Shown: one piece after another, positions 12,701 through 24,162 of the stretch
Layout: the number at the start of each line of letters is the position of its first letter
Position numbering within the stretch: position 1 is the stretch's first letter
NCBI GenBank assembly: GCA_002633005.1
Contig: NMRA01000894.1
Coordinates: forward strand, 36,522-100,521
DNA from: Phoronis australis
Lineage: Eukaryota; Animalia; Phoronida
Reading direction: 5' to 3'
DNA length: 64,000 bases
The notes under the pieces: generated by a model
What the model saw: the letters and a program-made list of their open reading frames with translations, nothing else
What the model was told of the DNA's origin: nothing
Databases searched by the model: none
Position numbers and translations under genes: made by a program

Positions 12701-15700
12701 GGCAGATGTTATCGCAGGTTCAGCACCCCTCACGTCTGTAAAAGTTAGTGAACGACAGAACGCTGTAATGAGTATAGTTTGGTAGCAGCCCTTCGTTAAC
12801 AAAAACTTTGTTAAAACATTAGATGAAGTTTTTATATTGAAGAAACAAAATTAGCAAGTTTCATGGACAAAATTATGTTGTAGAATATGACCATCTCTTG
12901 GTGAAAATCATGATTTTTTTAAAAGATGAAGTCAAAACATGTGATCACGAGCTTTTGGGCATTGCTTTCTTGCACGTATAGGCTTTTGTGATCATGAATT
13001 AAAATAATTACATTTTGTTTATGGGTCTGCTATTAATACCTAAAACAATATAAATAAGAAATTTGATCCTAGGTTAGCTAATTACCATAAATTCAAACAT
13101 TTGACACCAATCCTTGTGCAAAATTTGATGTCCAATGGCAATAGTATCATAAACATTGTTCAATGTAACTTTAAAATATCATGTCTTGACAAAACTTGAC
13201 TTCACTTGGTTATCTCACATTTCCAAATCAATGAATGTTGAAACTGTTCTTCATAGCAATGACATTTGTCCAGTTTGTTAGTCTTACTTTGAATCCGTCG
13301 TGATTTCACATTTGACATGCAGTGTGTGGAAAAGAAGTACAATTTGGATTTCAGAAATTCTGTTTAAATTATTTCTGTTTTCTTTCAGTGTGATTGGACT
13401 CAACTTTGATTTCTTGGTCTACAACATTCTTGGATTTACGGCATATGGCTTATTTAATGTTGGAATGTTCTGGATTCCTGAGATTATGGTGTGTTTAAAT
13501 TTTGGTTAGCTTTAACACAATTGTAATATACAAACCAAGTTCAGACAGAAAACATTTCACATAACACACTTATTTATGCTGTAGGGGTCCCTTTCAGTTG
13601 ATATTTTATTGCATGCTTAATGCTGTTGTAAATCCACGCTCTGTCAGAAAAGATCTTTTAATTGAGACAACTTACTACAATAAACACTGATATTGGTTTG
13701 ACCTAATTCATATGAAAATTGATTTCTGTTCGTAGAATAAATGAATGGTTTGCTATAAGTACTTTAGACTGTGATTACCATTCCGCTCAGCGTCTGTAAG
13801 TTGGGATAGTTACATAACAATCCTATCTATGTGGATTACTTGCCACTAATTCGGAAATCAATTTATAGCATTATTTAGCTAGACAATTGATAGAAATACT
13901 TTTTTCCATGCAGTACTGTTCTCCCCAAGATAAAGGTGAGCTTGGGGTGGGGGGGATGACAGAACGCTATCAGTTGGGGTGGGGGGATGACAGAACGCTA
14001 TCAGTTGGGGTGGGGGGATGACAGAACGGTATCAGTTAAGGCTACTGCTAAGGCAAGAGATGAGACCCCTACGTTGTGTTTTCTTGGTGAAATTTCATTA
14101 CAAATATTTAGGTCATGGTTAGGTAATAATTTGATAAAAGTGTTAAAATTCAGACTGAGGTGAGCCCGATGTTGAAAAACAAGATACTAAAGAAAAGCCA
14201 AGTTCACTTGAACCGAAACCTGACAAAATCCTATACAGGGCAAGTATATGTATACATGACAAGCTTATAATTTAATTATCTCTTATTTTTTTCCTTTTCA
14301 ACATCACTACTAAGATCTGCCATGAGTCCTCATCCGTAAGACGACGATACATGGACCTGGTGATGTTCCCCTGGTTGACCTACCAATAATTACCTTCATG
14401 CATGACATTAGACTATCTAAAAACAATGTAATGGCCATCATTGGTTGACATCGATAAACATTGAGCATGTACGCTCAAAATTTGAGTAAAGAATTAGTCT
14501 GGAAGTTTAATTTAATTCTAGCGTGGGGGCTCCAGCATGCTGAGCCTGGTGAAAACTGCATTATGTGGCGTGGTGTATACCCTGTGTTAAGTGGGTTGAT
14601 TAACAGCAATGTACTTGAATATTTTCATTTTTATAAAAAATTGTTGTAACATTAATTGAAATTTGAATTCCGCAATTTGGGTTATTGGCTGAAAAATGGG
14701 TTTCTAAAAAATGTGGCTTTTAGTAAGCTCTAGTTAAATGTTTCAGCCCTATGTTTGTTTTGCTGACTTATTTTATAAATTCAATGAGTGTTATGGTTTG
14801 AGATATTAAAATCCTATTGTTTCATGTTTTGATAGAAACTATAAAAGCCTTAATAACTAGTTGGTAAATGGATTATATCCACCGTAAGCAGCTTACATCC
14901 AACATGCAGTGCTTACTGTGTCAGGTCATGTAGATATTGTGCTTAACTGACCTTTTTATGGATAGTGAACACTGATACATGCGCATCCCAGATTATACAG
15001 TTGTCATCGAATTGAGAATCAGGGAAATATCACATATTTGGTCACCTGCCTGTGAGCTTGTTGATTTTGAATGGATGTTTTTGTTCATCAATTGTATGAT
15101 AATTTCCAATGTCTTGATACTTCAGTGAAATGCCACTTTGAATAAAATGGTTACTTTTAGATATTATGTGAATCAGGCCCAACAGGGTGTACATATGTTA
15201 TCTCAATAATACACAAAATCTAGTATGTGATTGTATTTTGTGAATTTTGTTTCAGTTATTTTTTCTTATTCTTTACAGAACGAGTTTCATGCCCAGAATC
15301 CACGATCTGTGAATCCAGTTCAAGTGAATGATGTTTTCTTTACACTCCACGCTGTTTTGATTACAGGAGTTACAATTTTCCAGTGTTTTATTTATGAGGT
15401 AGGGACTTTTGAATTGTCACTGAGTAGTCTTTGTTTTCTACACATCATCTGTCTGCGGGATCCCAAAATAATTGTGAATTGAATTGTTTTGGAGTTGGCT
15501 TGTGCACAACTGAAACACAAGTCAGTTCGCTATAATTATTTTTGGAACCAGCACGTACTGCTGACCTTACTACACATGGATGTGTAGGTACTCTTGACCT
15601 TACTACACATGAATGTGTAGGTACTCATGACCTTACTACACATGGTCGTGTACAAGCCAAATTGACCTGTTGTGTGGCAACATAATAAAGATTGTACTTG

Positions 15701-18700
15701 TTAAGCCTAGTTAACAAAATGCAAACATGACAATTTCATCCATTGCTTTTTCTTATGTTGAAGGTACTTTATCATATAGGTATGTTGCTACAATTTTCAA
15801 TAAAAACATCATCTCATTTCTCCGGTTCTCTTGCAGAGAGGAAACCAGAAGGTGTCCAAAGTGTGTATAGCCTTAGTCAGTGTTGCACTGTTATTTGCCG
15901 TTGTAACTCTATTTGTGGCAGTAGGCAAGGCTATCACATGGCTTCAGTATGTCTACTTCTTCTCATACATCAAACTAGCCGTATCCATCATCAAATATGT
16001 ACCTCAGGTAAGTCATAAGATTACTTAGTGCACATTACCTGATGTGTAAGCGGTTTCTCTTCGCTAATTTTATGCATTTTTTTGCCCTGAAATGCATGTT
16101 TAATATTTACGCATGCATTTAATCTGTTCAATTCTGTCCATATTTGACACTTTCTCTCAAGTAAGTTGAACCTTCTTCACAAACATGCTAAAACAATGTT
16201 AATACATGTTTTTTGCTTTTGTATGTGTTTATTACTGTTCAGACCTGTTTACTTCCCCTCGCATGATTGATCTATTGTGTTGTGAAAGAATTAATATTTT
16301 TAGGTATATAAACAAAATCTTTTTAATGCAATGATGCAGCTTATAAATGTAGCTCATAAAATGTATTACCAAACTACTTACCCATTCCAGTGGAGTGATG
16401 GTAGGGTGTTGGGGGAAACAAACGGAGTGAGAGTCGGGTATTGGGGGAACAGAGTGAGAGTAGGGTGTTGGGAGAAGAAAACGGGTAAGATTAGGGTGTT
16501 GTTGGAAACAAACGGAGTGAGAGTAGGGTGTTGGGGGAAACAGTTTGCTTTTTATGAGAGTCAGAAATGATAATTTAGAAAATTATAACAAGTTATGAGA
16601 TTTCATGATCCTGAAAATGTATATTGAACAAAATTTGTCCTTGTTAACTGTTGTTTTGGTATTGATGTGTCTTCATTTTAATACGAAGACACAGTCACGG
16701 GACCCAGTTAATGGTCGATTGATAAAAAGTCAAAATACAATTCCATAGGCTTTCTACAGAAAATATATATATATATATATATATGTATATATTTTTACGG
16801 AGTTAAAATCTACAGCTTGGTAGATATTTGACTAAATGTAGACATGTTGATAAATTCGTAGTACGTCCCCTTAAGTATGCTCTTAATATTAGCATGACAT
16901 TCATTATGGCATTGTTTGTCTAGTTCATAAAATATTTTATTTCCTCTGTTGCTAGGCGTACATGAATTTCAAAAGAAAAAGCACAGATGGATGGAGTATA
17001 GGCAATGTGTTGTTGGACTTCACTGGGGGCACCTTCAGCCTGCTGCAGATGTTTTTGATATCATATAATAATGGTAAATTAATGTTTACAGACATAGTGC
17101 AGATGTTTTAGACATGGCTTGGTAGTCAATGGGTAAACACAGCCGCAGAGATTTTTAATATCATGTAATGATGTGTGACTGCTTAGTAAACTGTCTCAAA
17201 ATTATAACCAGGAAGGGAATTGCTACGCTTTATGAGAAAGTAATGCAACTACAACAGAAAAAAAGTTCTGAAAATTAAATGGAAAATCGACCTTAATGAC
17301 AGTGTGTACGTTTAATGCAAAATTCATTAAAATTGAGAAAGTGCATGTTTTGATGGTCGGAAACCCTCTTTGTGCGTCGAATACGCAAGTCCAGCTTTTT
17401 ATTGGGAAACCGTATTAAAAAAGTGCCTATCGAGGCACTCTTTGTGGGTTGACAGCGGAAACTCAACATTTTTTATTGAGATAACGCATTTTTACAAAAG
17501 AGAATCAGTTGTCTGGAACGTTTCATGTGCGTCAACAACGCAAACCAGACCCACTCATTGGAAATCCCATATTTGTCACCAGGAAGACTCCTTTTTCACA
17601 ACGCAGCCCGCTATTTCAAGTGAGATAGCGCAATTTTGATAAGATTCCATCACTTGCCGAAAACGGTTTTTGAGCATCGGCGAAGCAAGCCGAATATTTC
17701 ATATTGAGAAAGGGCATCTTTGAAAAGAAGAACCAACGCTTGTCGGGAACTGTCTTTATGCGTTGACAACACACATTTCTTATTGGGAAAGTCAGATTTT
17801 CAAAAATTAATCGCGCAGACCGTTTGAGTCTTATTGACCTGCAATTATGCTGCTATCAAATGACCGAGCCAGCAATGTTTGATACTACGACCGCTCATCG
17901 AAATAATGTACACCCGCGAAATTGGGACACTAGTCGAAACCCAAATTTGGAGGTCCGCCAAATTCGGACACCACAGAAATGATGTTTCGCGAGATTCGTC
18001 CAAGAATGAATTTTTTGTAGTGGAATTAATTTTCAGTGTCCGAAAATCACGCGACTTTACCGTACATATTGCTGAGAATTTGTTATTTGGTCTGGATGCA
18101 AAAAACTTGCAAAAACACAAGATCATGCAATTAATATTATTATGCGCCCACATATTTATATGTGGACGCATTATGCTGTCATCTCCGTCCATCCGGCGTC
18201 CGCTGCTTTATCTCCAAAACCCCTTGACGTATGTTATGAAATTTTGCACATGTTCCTTCCATAGATGGGACGGCATGAGAGAACTTCCGGACGGATCCGC
18301 CAACCAGTGTGGCCCCTAGTGGCAATTTTATTTTTTTATGCTTACCTCTGTATCTTCAGGGGTCCGTAATGGATTTTATTGAAATTTAGTATGTAGGCTT
18401 CTATTAGTGAGATGACACGATCCTCCCGTTTTCGAATGGATTTGACGTAGTTTATGCCATCTAGTGGCCGTTTTTACTGTTTTCGAGTCTGTTTTTTTGC
18501 GTCCACCCTTCTATCAGCCAAACCGCTCAAAGAATGCTTGTGAAAATTGGCATGTATGCTTTTACTATGAAGTGGATGACTGACGATGATTTTTTGATGA
18601 CTTTGTGTACTGGGGCGCCTCCTAGTGGCAGTTTTTTTTTGCGCTCATGGCTGTATCTCCTAAACTGTTTGCAGGATCTTTACTTAATTTAGCAAGTGTA

Positions 18701-19771
18701 TTTATATGATATTGACTACAGATGACGACGACTTTTGGACAGATCTGACTACTGATGTGCCCCCTATTGGCAATTTTAGTTTTTATGTTTAACTCTGTAT
18801 CTTCAAAGGTCCTCAACAGATTTTCATAAAAGTTTGAACATAGGCATCTATTGGTGAGATAACGCTATCATCCTGTTTTTGGATGGAATCGAGGTATTTT
18901 GCACCACCTAGCGGCCATTTTTACTGTTTTCAAATCTTGTTTTTGGCATCCACCCCTCGATCGTATATGTTTTCAGTGTGAAGAGGACATTTGATAATGG
19001 TGACTGGCTACTATGGCACCTCCTAGTGGTAGTTTTGTTTTGTTTTTTGCCCATAGCTGTATATCCAAAACCCACTGCAGGATCTTTATTAAATTTAGTA
19101 AGTGAATTTATATGAAGATAACAGACGACAACTTTCAGGCGGATGGAACGTACACTGTGCTCACAAGTGGCAGTTTCATTTTGTTTTCCTTTATTTCTCT
19201 GAAGTTCCTTGACAGATTTTCATGAAATATGGCATGTTCCCCTTTTTGGATGGATTAACATTTTTGCGCCATCTAGTGGCCATTTTTATGATACAAATAA
19301 ATAACCCTAAAAGCACACTATTTGCGATGCATTCGTGGGCGCATTTCAACGCTCCGCGTTGCTCTTGTGTAATTTTTTGTAAGACATTGCCATGCATGAT
19401 GAGTGAATTGCGTTATCATGTTAGTTTTACTCGTGAGTGTTTAGGTATACAGATCATAGCCCTGTTTTAGTCTATAACCACCTGTTGAAGCCATAAGCAG
19501 CTATTGGGACGGGGGGGAGGGGGGGTGCATAATTCCTTGTATAGCTAATTAACATTCTTTATTTGCAGATGATTTCTCCTCCATATTCACGGATCCCACC
19601 AAGTTTGGTTTAGGATTGTTCTCAATCCTTTTTGATGTGTTATTCATTGTACAGCATTACTGCTTGTATCGAGGTGCTGAACAGAAAAATTTCGAAGCAG
19701 TGTCTGAAGTTTTGGTGAATGAAGATGGGACTACCTACACTTATGATGATAAGGAATCCTTGATTGAGTAG
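6657..19771 (+). CDS. CTNS: Cystinosin (lysosomal H+/cystine symporter, PQ-loop family), 418 aa; join(6657-6759,7948-8038,9105-9314,10361-10501,13389-13488,15279-15398,15837-16007,16956-17073,19569-19771)
   Basis: All introns are GT-AG with matching phases and the spliced length is 1257 nt. The protein has a signal peptide, an N-glycosylated luminal domain, PQ loop 1 '[32 protein letters not shown]', 'NDVFF', PQ loop 2 '[39 protein letters not shown]' and '[19 protein letters not shown]'. Confidence 0.96.
7466..7540. repeat. Short tandem repeat, ~25 bp x3
   Basis: AACCAACTTTTCATTTCTTGGCCTA repeated three times. Confidence 0.85.
7948..8038 (+). CDS. CTNS: CTNS exon 2 (luminal domain)
   Basis: ttacag|..|gtttgt; [29 protein letters not shown]; phases 1/2. 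Confidence 0.85.
8633..8887. repeat. Diverged ~130-bp tandem duplication in CTNS intron 2
   Basis: TGCTTTCAGTGT..AGCTGCTCTGTG..CATCAGATTTCTTTC..GGTAGTCA occurs twice in tandem. Confidence 0.75.
9105..9314 (+). CDS. CTNS: CTNS exon 3 (luminal domain)
   Basis: ttgcag|..|gtaagc; [23 protein letters not shown]; phases 2/2. Confidence 0.9.
10361..10501 (+). CDS. CTNS: CTNS exon 4 (TM1, PQ motif 1)
   Basis: ctccag|..|gtaagt; [27 protein letters not shown]. Confidence 0.96.
11091..12770. mobile_element. ~540-bp interspersed element (copy A) interrupted by two nested TIR elements (11228-12354 and 11270-12270)
   Basis: Flanks align with the uninterrupted copy at 23621-24162; ends are CATGACAGCG / CGCTGTAATG. 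The inner TIR element has a CTC duplication, and the innermost TIRs ACYGYATTTATCCACCTT span the N gap. Confidence 0.7.
11434..12119. other. Assembly gap (Ns)
   Basis: Run of N. Confidence 1.
13389..13488 (+). CDS. CTNS: CTNS exon 5
   Basis: tttcag|..|gtgtgt; [31 protein letters not shown]. Confidence 0.95.
13942..14036. repeat. G-rich tandem repeat, ~32 bp x3
   Basis: TTGGGGTGGGGGGATGACAGAACGCTATCAG repeated three times. Confidence 0.85.
15279..15398 (+). CDS. CTNS: CTNS exon 6
   Basis: ttacag|..|gtaggg; [24 protein letters not shown]. Confidence 0.95.
15562..15651. repeat. 33-bp tandem repeat x~3
   Basis: TGACCTTACTACACATGRATGTGTAGGTACTCW units. Confidence 0.8.
15837..16007 (+). CDS. CTNS: CTNS exon 7 (PQ motif 2)
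   Basis: ttgcag|..|gtaagt; [23 protein letters not shown]. Confidence 0.96.
16956..17073 (+). CDS. CTNS: CTNS exon 8
   Basis: tgctag|..|gtaaat; [33 protein letters not shown]. Confidence 0.96.
18138..19368 (+). mobile_element. Non-autonomous Helentron-associated element (HINE/DINE-1-like) in the last CTNS intron
   Basis: 5' subTIR ATGCGCCCAC (18142-18151) with adjacent inverted partner GTGGACGCAT, then (GTCC)-like microsatellite and degenerate internal repeats containing CCTAGTGGC. 3' subTIR GTGGGCGCAT (19335-19344), 3' hairpin CAACGC-TCC-GCGTTG, and end CTCTTGT. Confidence 0.75.
19569..19771 (+). CDS. CTNS: CTNS exon 9 (last coding exon)
   Basis: ttgcag|; [41 protein letters not shown], stop TAG. 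Confidence 0.95.
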
Positions 19772-21101
19772 CTTTAACGGAATCTGTTAATTCACCTCCA
19801 TTCTCAGTGAAGATTACTCCGACAGTCATTCGTCATGACAGGAAATTGTAGGTCATTTTCTCTGAATACTTTGGCTTGTTATGTAACAGTGTAATGTGAG
19901 TGCTGTTTAAGTGTAATAATTGAATCTATTATGAAATACCAAAGTGTAACATTTAAACCTTCTTGCAATGCTAATGTTAATGAGGTTGCTGTAAAAATTT
20001 TCCAGTTTGTGAAGTCTCTGAAATTTGTGACACCAAAATTCAAGTCGATATAGATTTTTCATAATCTTGAATGTTTAGGACATGGGCTATTTTGGCATTT
20101 TGTCACACACTGAGCACTAGGCTGTGTCAACTGAGTCCAAAAATAGACTGAGCAGCTAATAAAATCAAAAATCCACAGATGCACATTGTTATTGTGTAAC
20201 AGTCATCAAGTGAATGATGGTTTATCATAGTTTTGGATTTGAGACAGCCAAGATTGCATATTTCGAAAATGTGGTACAAACGGCTCCCACCATAAGCGAA
20301 ATAATTAACTTTTCATTGCCCTTACTGACTGGAGAATTGTTTACTGTTTCTGCTTGTGAAAAATCATTGATGTATGCAATGCACCCACTGAGTTTGGACA
20401 TCATCAAGTGCTATTGAATTGGTTAGGTTTGTAGCACTGGTTTGTATCATGCTTCAGACTCCTACAGCACCATGCCAAGAATTGTACAATGACATGTGGC
20501 TTTCATCAACATCCAATTGCTGCCTGGTGGTTTGCTTATTGGCCTAATTATGTTGCACACTCAGCAGAATTAACGAGATTCCTATTATGGCAACATTGTT
20601 CCAAAGTTTTTATGTTGAAAAGTCAAATTTCTTATTGGATTTTCAAAATTCAAAAACCTAATCACGTGTTCTTTTCACAAACTATTCAAATATGCAATTT
20701 AAAAACTTTATACTGTTGTCGCCCACAGTGTGTTTATGATGGGTGTAATTATCAAGAGACTGATAACATTAGCAGCCTGGGGCCGATGTAATTAACTGCA
20801 ACAACATGGCCTGTTTGATCAATAGGGCAGATTTTGTGGTATGCAAACCGGTTGAGTTGCCCAACTGTCTCGACCTGTGAGGGCTTCAACACAGAATTCT
20901 TTTCATGACACCTAGTGGTGTGGTTAGTAAATTTACATTTTGGCAATCATGAGTGAATTAAGTATTTGTTTTTCATTTTTCAGTATTCTATTTTCTATAG
21001 TAAAAGTAGTTCTCTTCATCTACGGTGATTCGTGCTTGGGAAATATGCCCGTATGACATTCTCTTTTGGTTTGAGATTTGTTGACTATCTGCAAGCAATT
21101 C

Positions 21102-21846
21102 ACTGCAGTTGATTGTGAGATATCTGCAGATGAGTGTGAGATATCTGTAGATGATTGTGAGATATTTGCAAGGGATTGTAGGATATCTGCAGATGATTGT
21201 AAGATATCTGCAGATGATTGTGAGATATCTGCAGATGATTGTGAGATATCTGCAGGTGATTGTGAGATATATGCAGGTGATTATGAGATATCTGCAGGTG
21301 ATTGTGAGATATATGCAGGTGATTGTGAGATATCTGTGCGTGATTGTGAGATATCTGCAGGTGTTTGTGAGATATCTGCAAGTGATTGTGAGATATCTGC
21401 AGATGATTGTGAGATATCTGCAAGTGATTGTGAGATATCTTCAGGTGATTGTGAGGATATCTGCAGATGATTGTGAGATATCTGCAGGTGTTTGTGAGAT
21501 ATCTGCAAGTGATTGTGAGATATCTGCAGATGATTGTGAGATATCTGCAAGTGATTGTGAGATATCTGCAGGTGATTGTGAGATATATGTGGGTGATTGT
21601 GAGATATCTGCAGGTGTTTGTGAGATATCTGCAGGTGATTGTGAGCGAGACATCTGCAGGTGATTGTGAGATATCTGCAGATGATTGTGAGATATCTGCA
21701 GATGATTGTGAGATATCTGCAGATGATTGTGAGATATCTGCAGATGATTGTGAGATATCTGCAGATGATTGTGAGATATCTGCAGATAATTGTGAGATAT
21801 CTACAGATGATTGTGAGATATCTGCAAGTGATTGTGTGACATCTGC
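21102..21846. repeat. 21-bp minisatellite, ~35 copies
   Basis: Unit GATGATTGTGAGATATCTGCA with point variants; it generates the spurious repetitive ORFs in the track. Confidence 0.97.
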
Positions 21847-22311
21847 CAAGGAAGCAAAATGAAACCAATCAATGAAAGCAGACAACGTACAACTACGTTT
21901 GCTGCCAACAGGTGGCGAGGAGCGTGCATATAGATCTTACAATTATCTAACTTTCACAGTAAAAAGGCCTATGGCAAGTATTGAATATTGTTAATTTTGC
22001 AACTTATTAAAAACTGAGTCACGAATCATGACAAGTTAACACTTCTCATTGTGTGTGGTTACGCCGTGGTCAGAATGAAGGTCAGGCCTGGGTGTTATTT
22101 GGGGCCTAGTAATCTGCTTCATTCTCATTTTGAAGTTGATTTTTTGAAGCAGGGCTAGTCCAGATGTGACATCCCAATTCCAAAATATTAGTCCAAAAGT
22201 CCATTAGTCCATATGCATGAACAGGAAGAGGGACGAGCACCCAGTGAGTTGGCCCGCAAAGCGCGTTTGGCCATGCGTTATACCCATTTGTCATGATCCG
22301 ACGGCCCCATA

Positions 22312-23586
22312 CATGTGGAGAATTTCTCGCTTACAGTGATGACCGCTCTGATTCCCTAAGCCCCAGACAACTTTTACGATGCCTATTCAGCACGCCCTTT
22401 GTATTTAAGTAGATCTGAGCTAGTGAAGTGGAAAAGTAATTGCTAGCATTACTGTCTCAACAATTTGGTTTTCTGTGACATTTGCACTCTAGAGAGTAGT
22501 TTTAACATGGTACATTATAAATATTACAAAATGACTAAAAAGGTTAACTTGTGTTTATCTTCACGAAGGGCCACTTCCCAAAGGAACGGTAAGTTTCATA
22601 TTGCTTTTCTTTATTTAATTTTTAATGCTTCTGCCCACTTGTTTTTTTTTTCTTACCGGAAACTGGTTGGTAACTTTTTATAAGTTTTGAGTACCCCCAT
22701 TTGGTTTTATCTGACATTTGCAGTAAGAGCTAGCCTGCAACTCTGGAGAGTAGTTTTAACTTGGTACATTATAAATATTACAAAATGACTAAATAGGTTA
22801 ACTTGTGTTTATCTTCACAAAGGGCCACTTCCTAAAGCAACGATGAGTTTCCGGTTTTCTTTATTTAAATTTTAATGCTTCTGCCCACTTTTTTTCTTAC
22901 CGGGAACGGGTTGATAACTTTTTATCAAAGTTTTGAACTTGGAGTATCAAAACAGTGGTAGATTTTGATCGCCACCTTAACTTGAGCCCATCCCTAAACT
23001 TAGTACTTACCACATTACAGGTACACTATTTTACATTTCACGTGTCATTAAAGTTTAATCTTTGTTAGAACTCAAATCATTAAATATGTACAAAAGTGCA
23101 AATATGGTGATAATCAAACTGAAGATTTGGAATCTGTGGACAATTTCGGTGGCACTGACTATAGTAACTATTCTAGCTCTTTGTCAGTAATAGAAAATGA
23201 AAATTGGGCTCAACAACTATTTGGTGGTCAAAAATCGGGTTAAACGAGATTGAAAGAATAAAGGAATCCATGTGATATTGTTAACTCTGATCAGCATTTG
23301 TATATCTACCGAGTATATCAATACGCGCGGTAGTTTATCTCTTCAGTCGTTCACAATGGTTGTAGTTTTTAGATTATTAGTTCATCGATTTTTAAAAATC
23401 GAAAACCATACTTGGTTGTTTTTTCCAGCTGAATACGCCGTGGTGTTCGTTTATAACGAAAGTTAGTGGTTTGTGTTAATGTTCTCTTTGGTCCTGGTAC
23501 AAGCCGCTCAGAAGGACAAGCGGTGAAAATTTCCTCATATCTTTGTAAATGCGTGACTTCCTTGTAAGCGTATTATTCACGACATG
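22312..23586 (+). mobile_element. ~1.2-kb non-autonomous TIR element (CATG termini), copy 1, with an internal ~250-bp tandem duplication
   Basis: Aligns in reverse to 42058-43209; imperfect TIRs CATGTGGAGAATTTCTCGCTTACA / CATGTCGTGAATAATACGCTTACA. Confidence 0.8.
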
Positions 23587-23620
23587 CGCATTAGTCCAAC
23601 AGCCAATAGTCCAAAAGCCA

Positions 23621-24162
23621 CATGACGGCATTTTCCCGTTACTCCCAACTTGTTCGATTCTATAGCCTAACAACAAGTTGGGAAGTTTACTCCCGTAGCC
23701 AATATCTTACACGACTGATTAACTCCATTCTGGCATACATGGTTGGAGGCCCTGTGCTCTTTTGTTCGATAATTGCTCTAATCTTAGATCAGATCGTATC
23801 TAGCCTGACTGCGCTGGGTTGATCAAAATGAAAGGTAAGTTATAAGATATTTTAGCTTAAACCAATAGAATTTCTGAATCCGTCGTCAACTTCTGAGCAT
23901 GTTCGGTTTTTGAATCACCAAAATCGCCCAACTACAACAGAAGTTAAGACGATCTATTCTATCCAAACGGACGCACTGGGTTTGACTGTGTTCATACGCG
24001 TTCGGTAATAGCGTGCAACTACCATACGTTTCCTTTGAAGCCTGAGAGATAATTGGCCTGCTTGTTATCATACGGGGCGAAAGACTGGGCTGGGCAGATG
24101 TTATCGCACATTCAGCACCCCTCACGTCTGGAAAAGTTACTGACCGACAGAGCGCTGTAATG
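23621..24162. mobile_element. ~540-bp interspersed element, uninterrupted copy B
   Basis: Highly similar to 11091-11227 plus 12355-12770; short TIRs CATGACGGC / GCTGTAATG. Confidence 0.75.

Noticed and set aside
17845-18319. 115- and 146-aa ORFs in the last CTNS intron
   Set aside because: They straddle repeat boundaries, with no domain signature or splice logic.
21078-21885. Long repetitive ORFs (DCEISAD, ISHNHLQ, VIVRYLQ repeats)
   Set aside because: Translations of a 21-bp minisatellite that is open in several frames on both strands; no splice or homology support.
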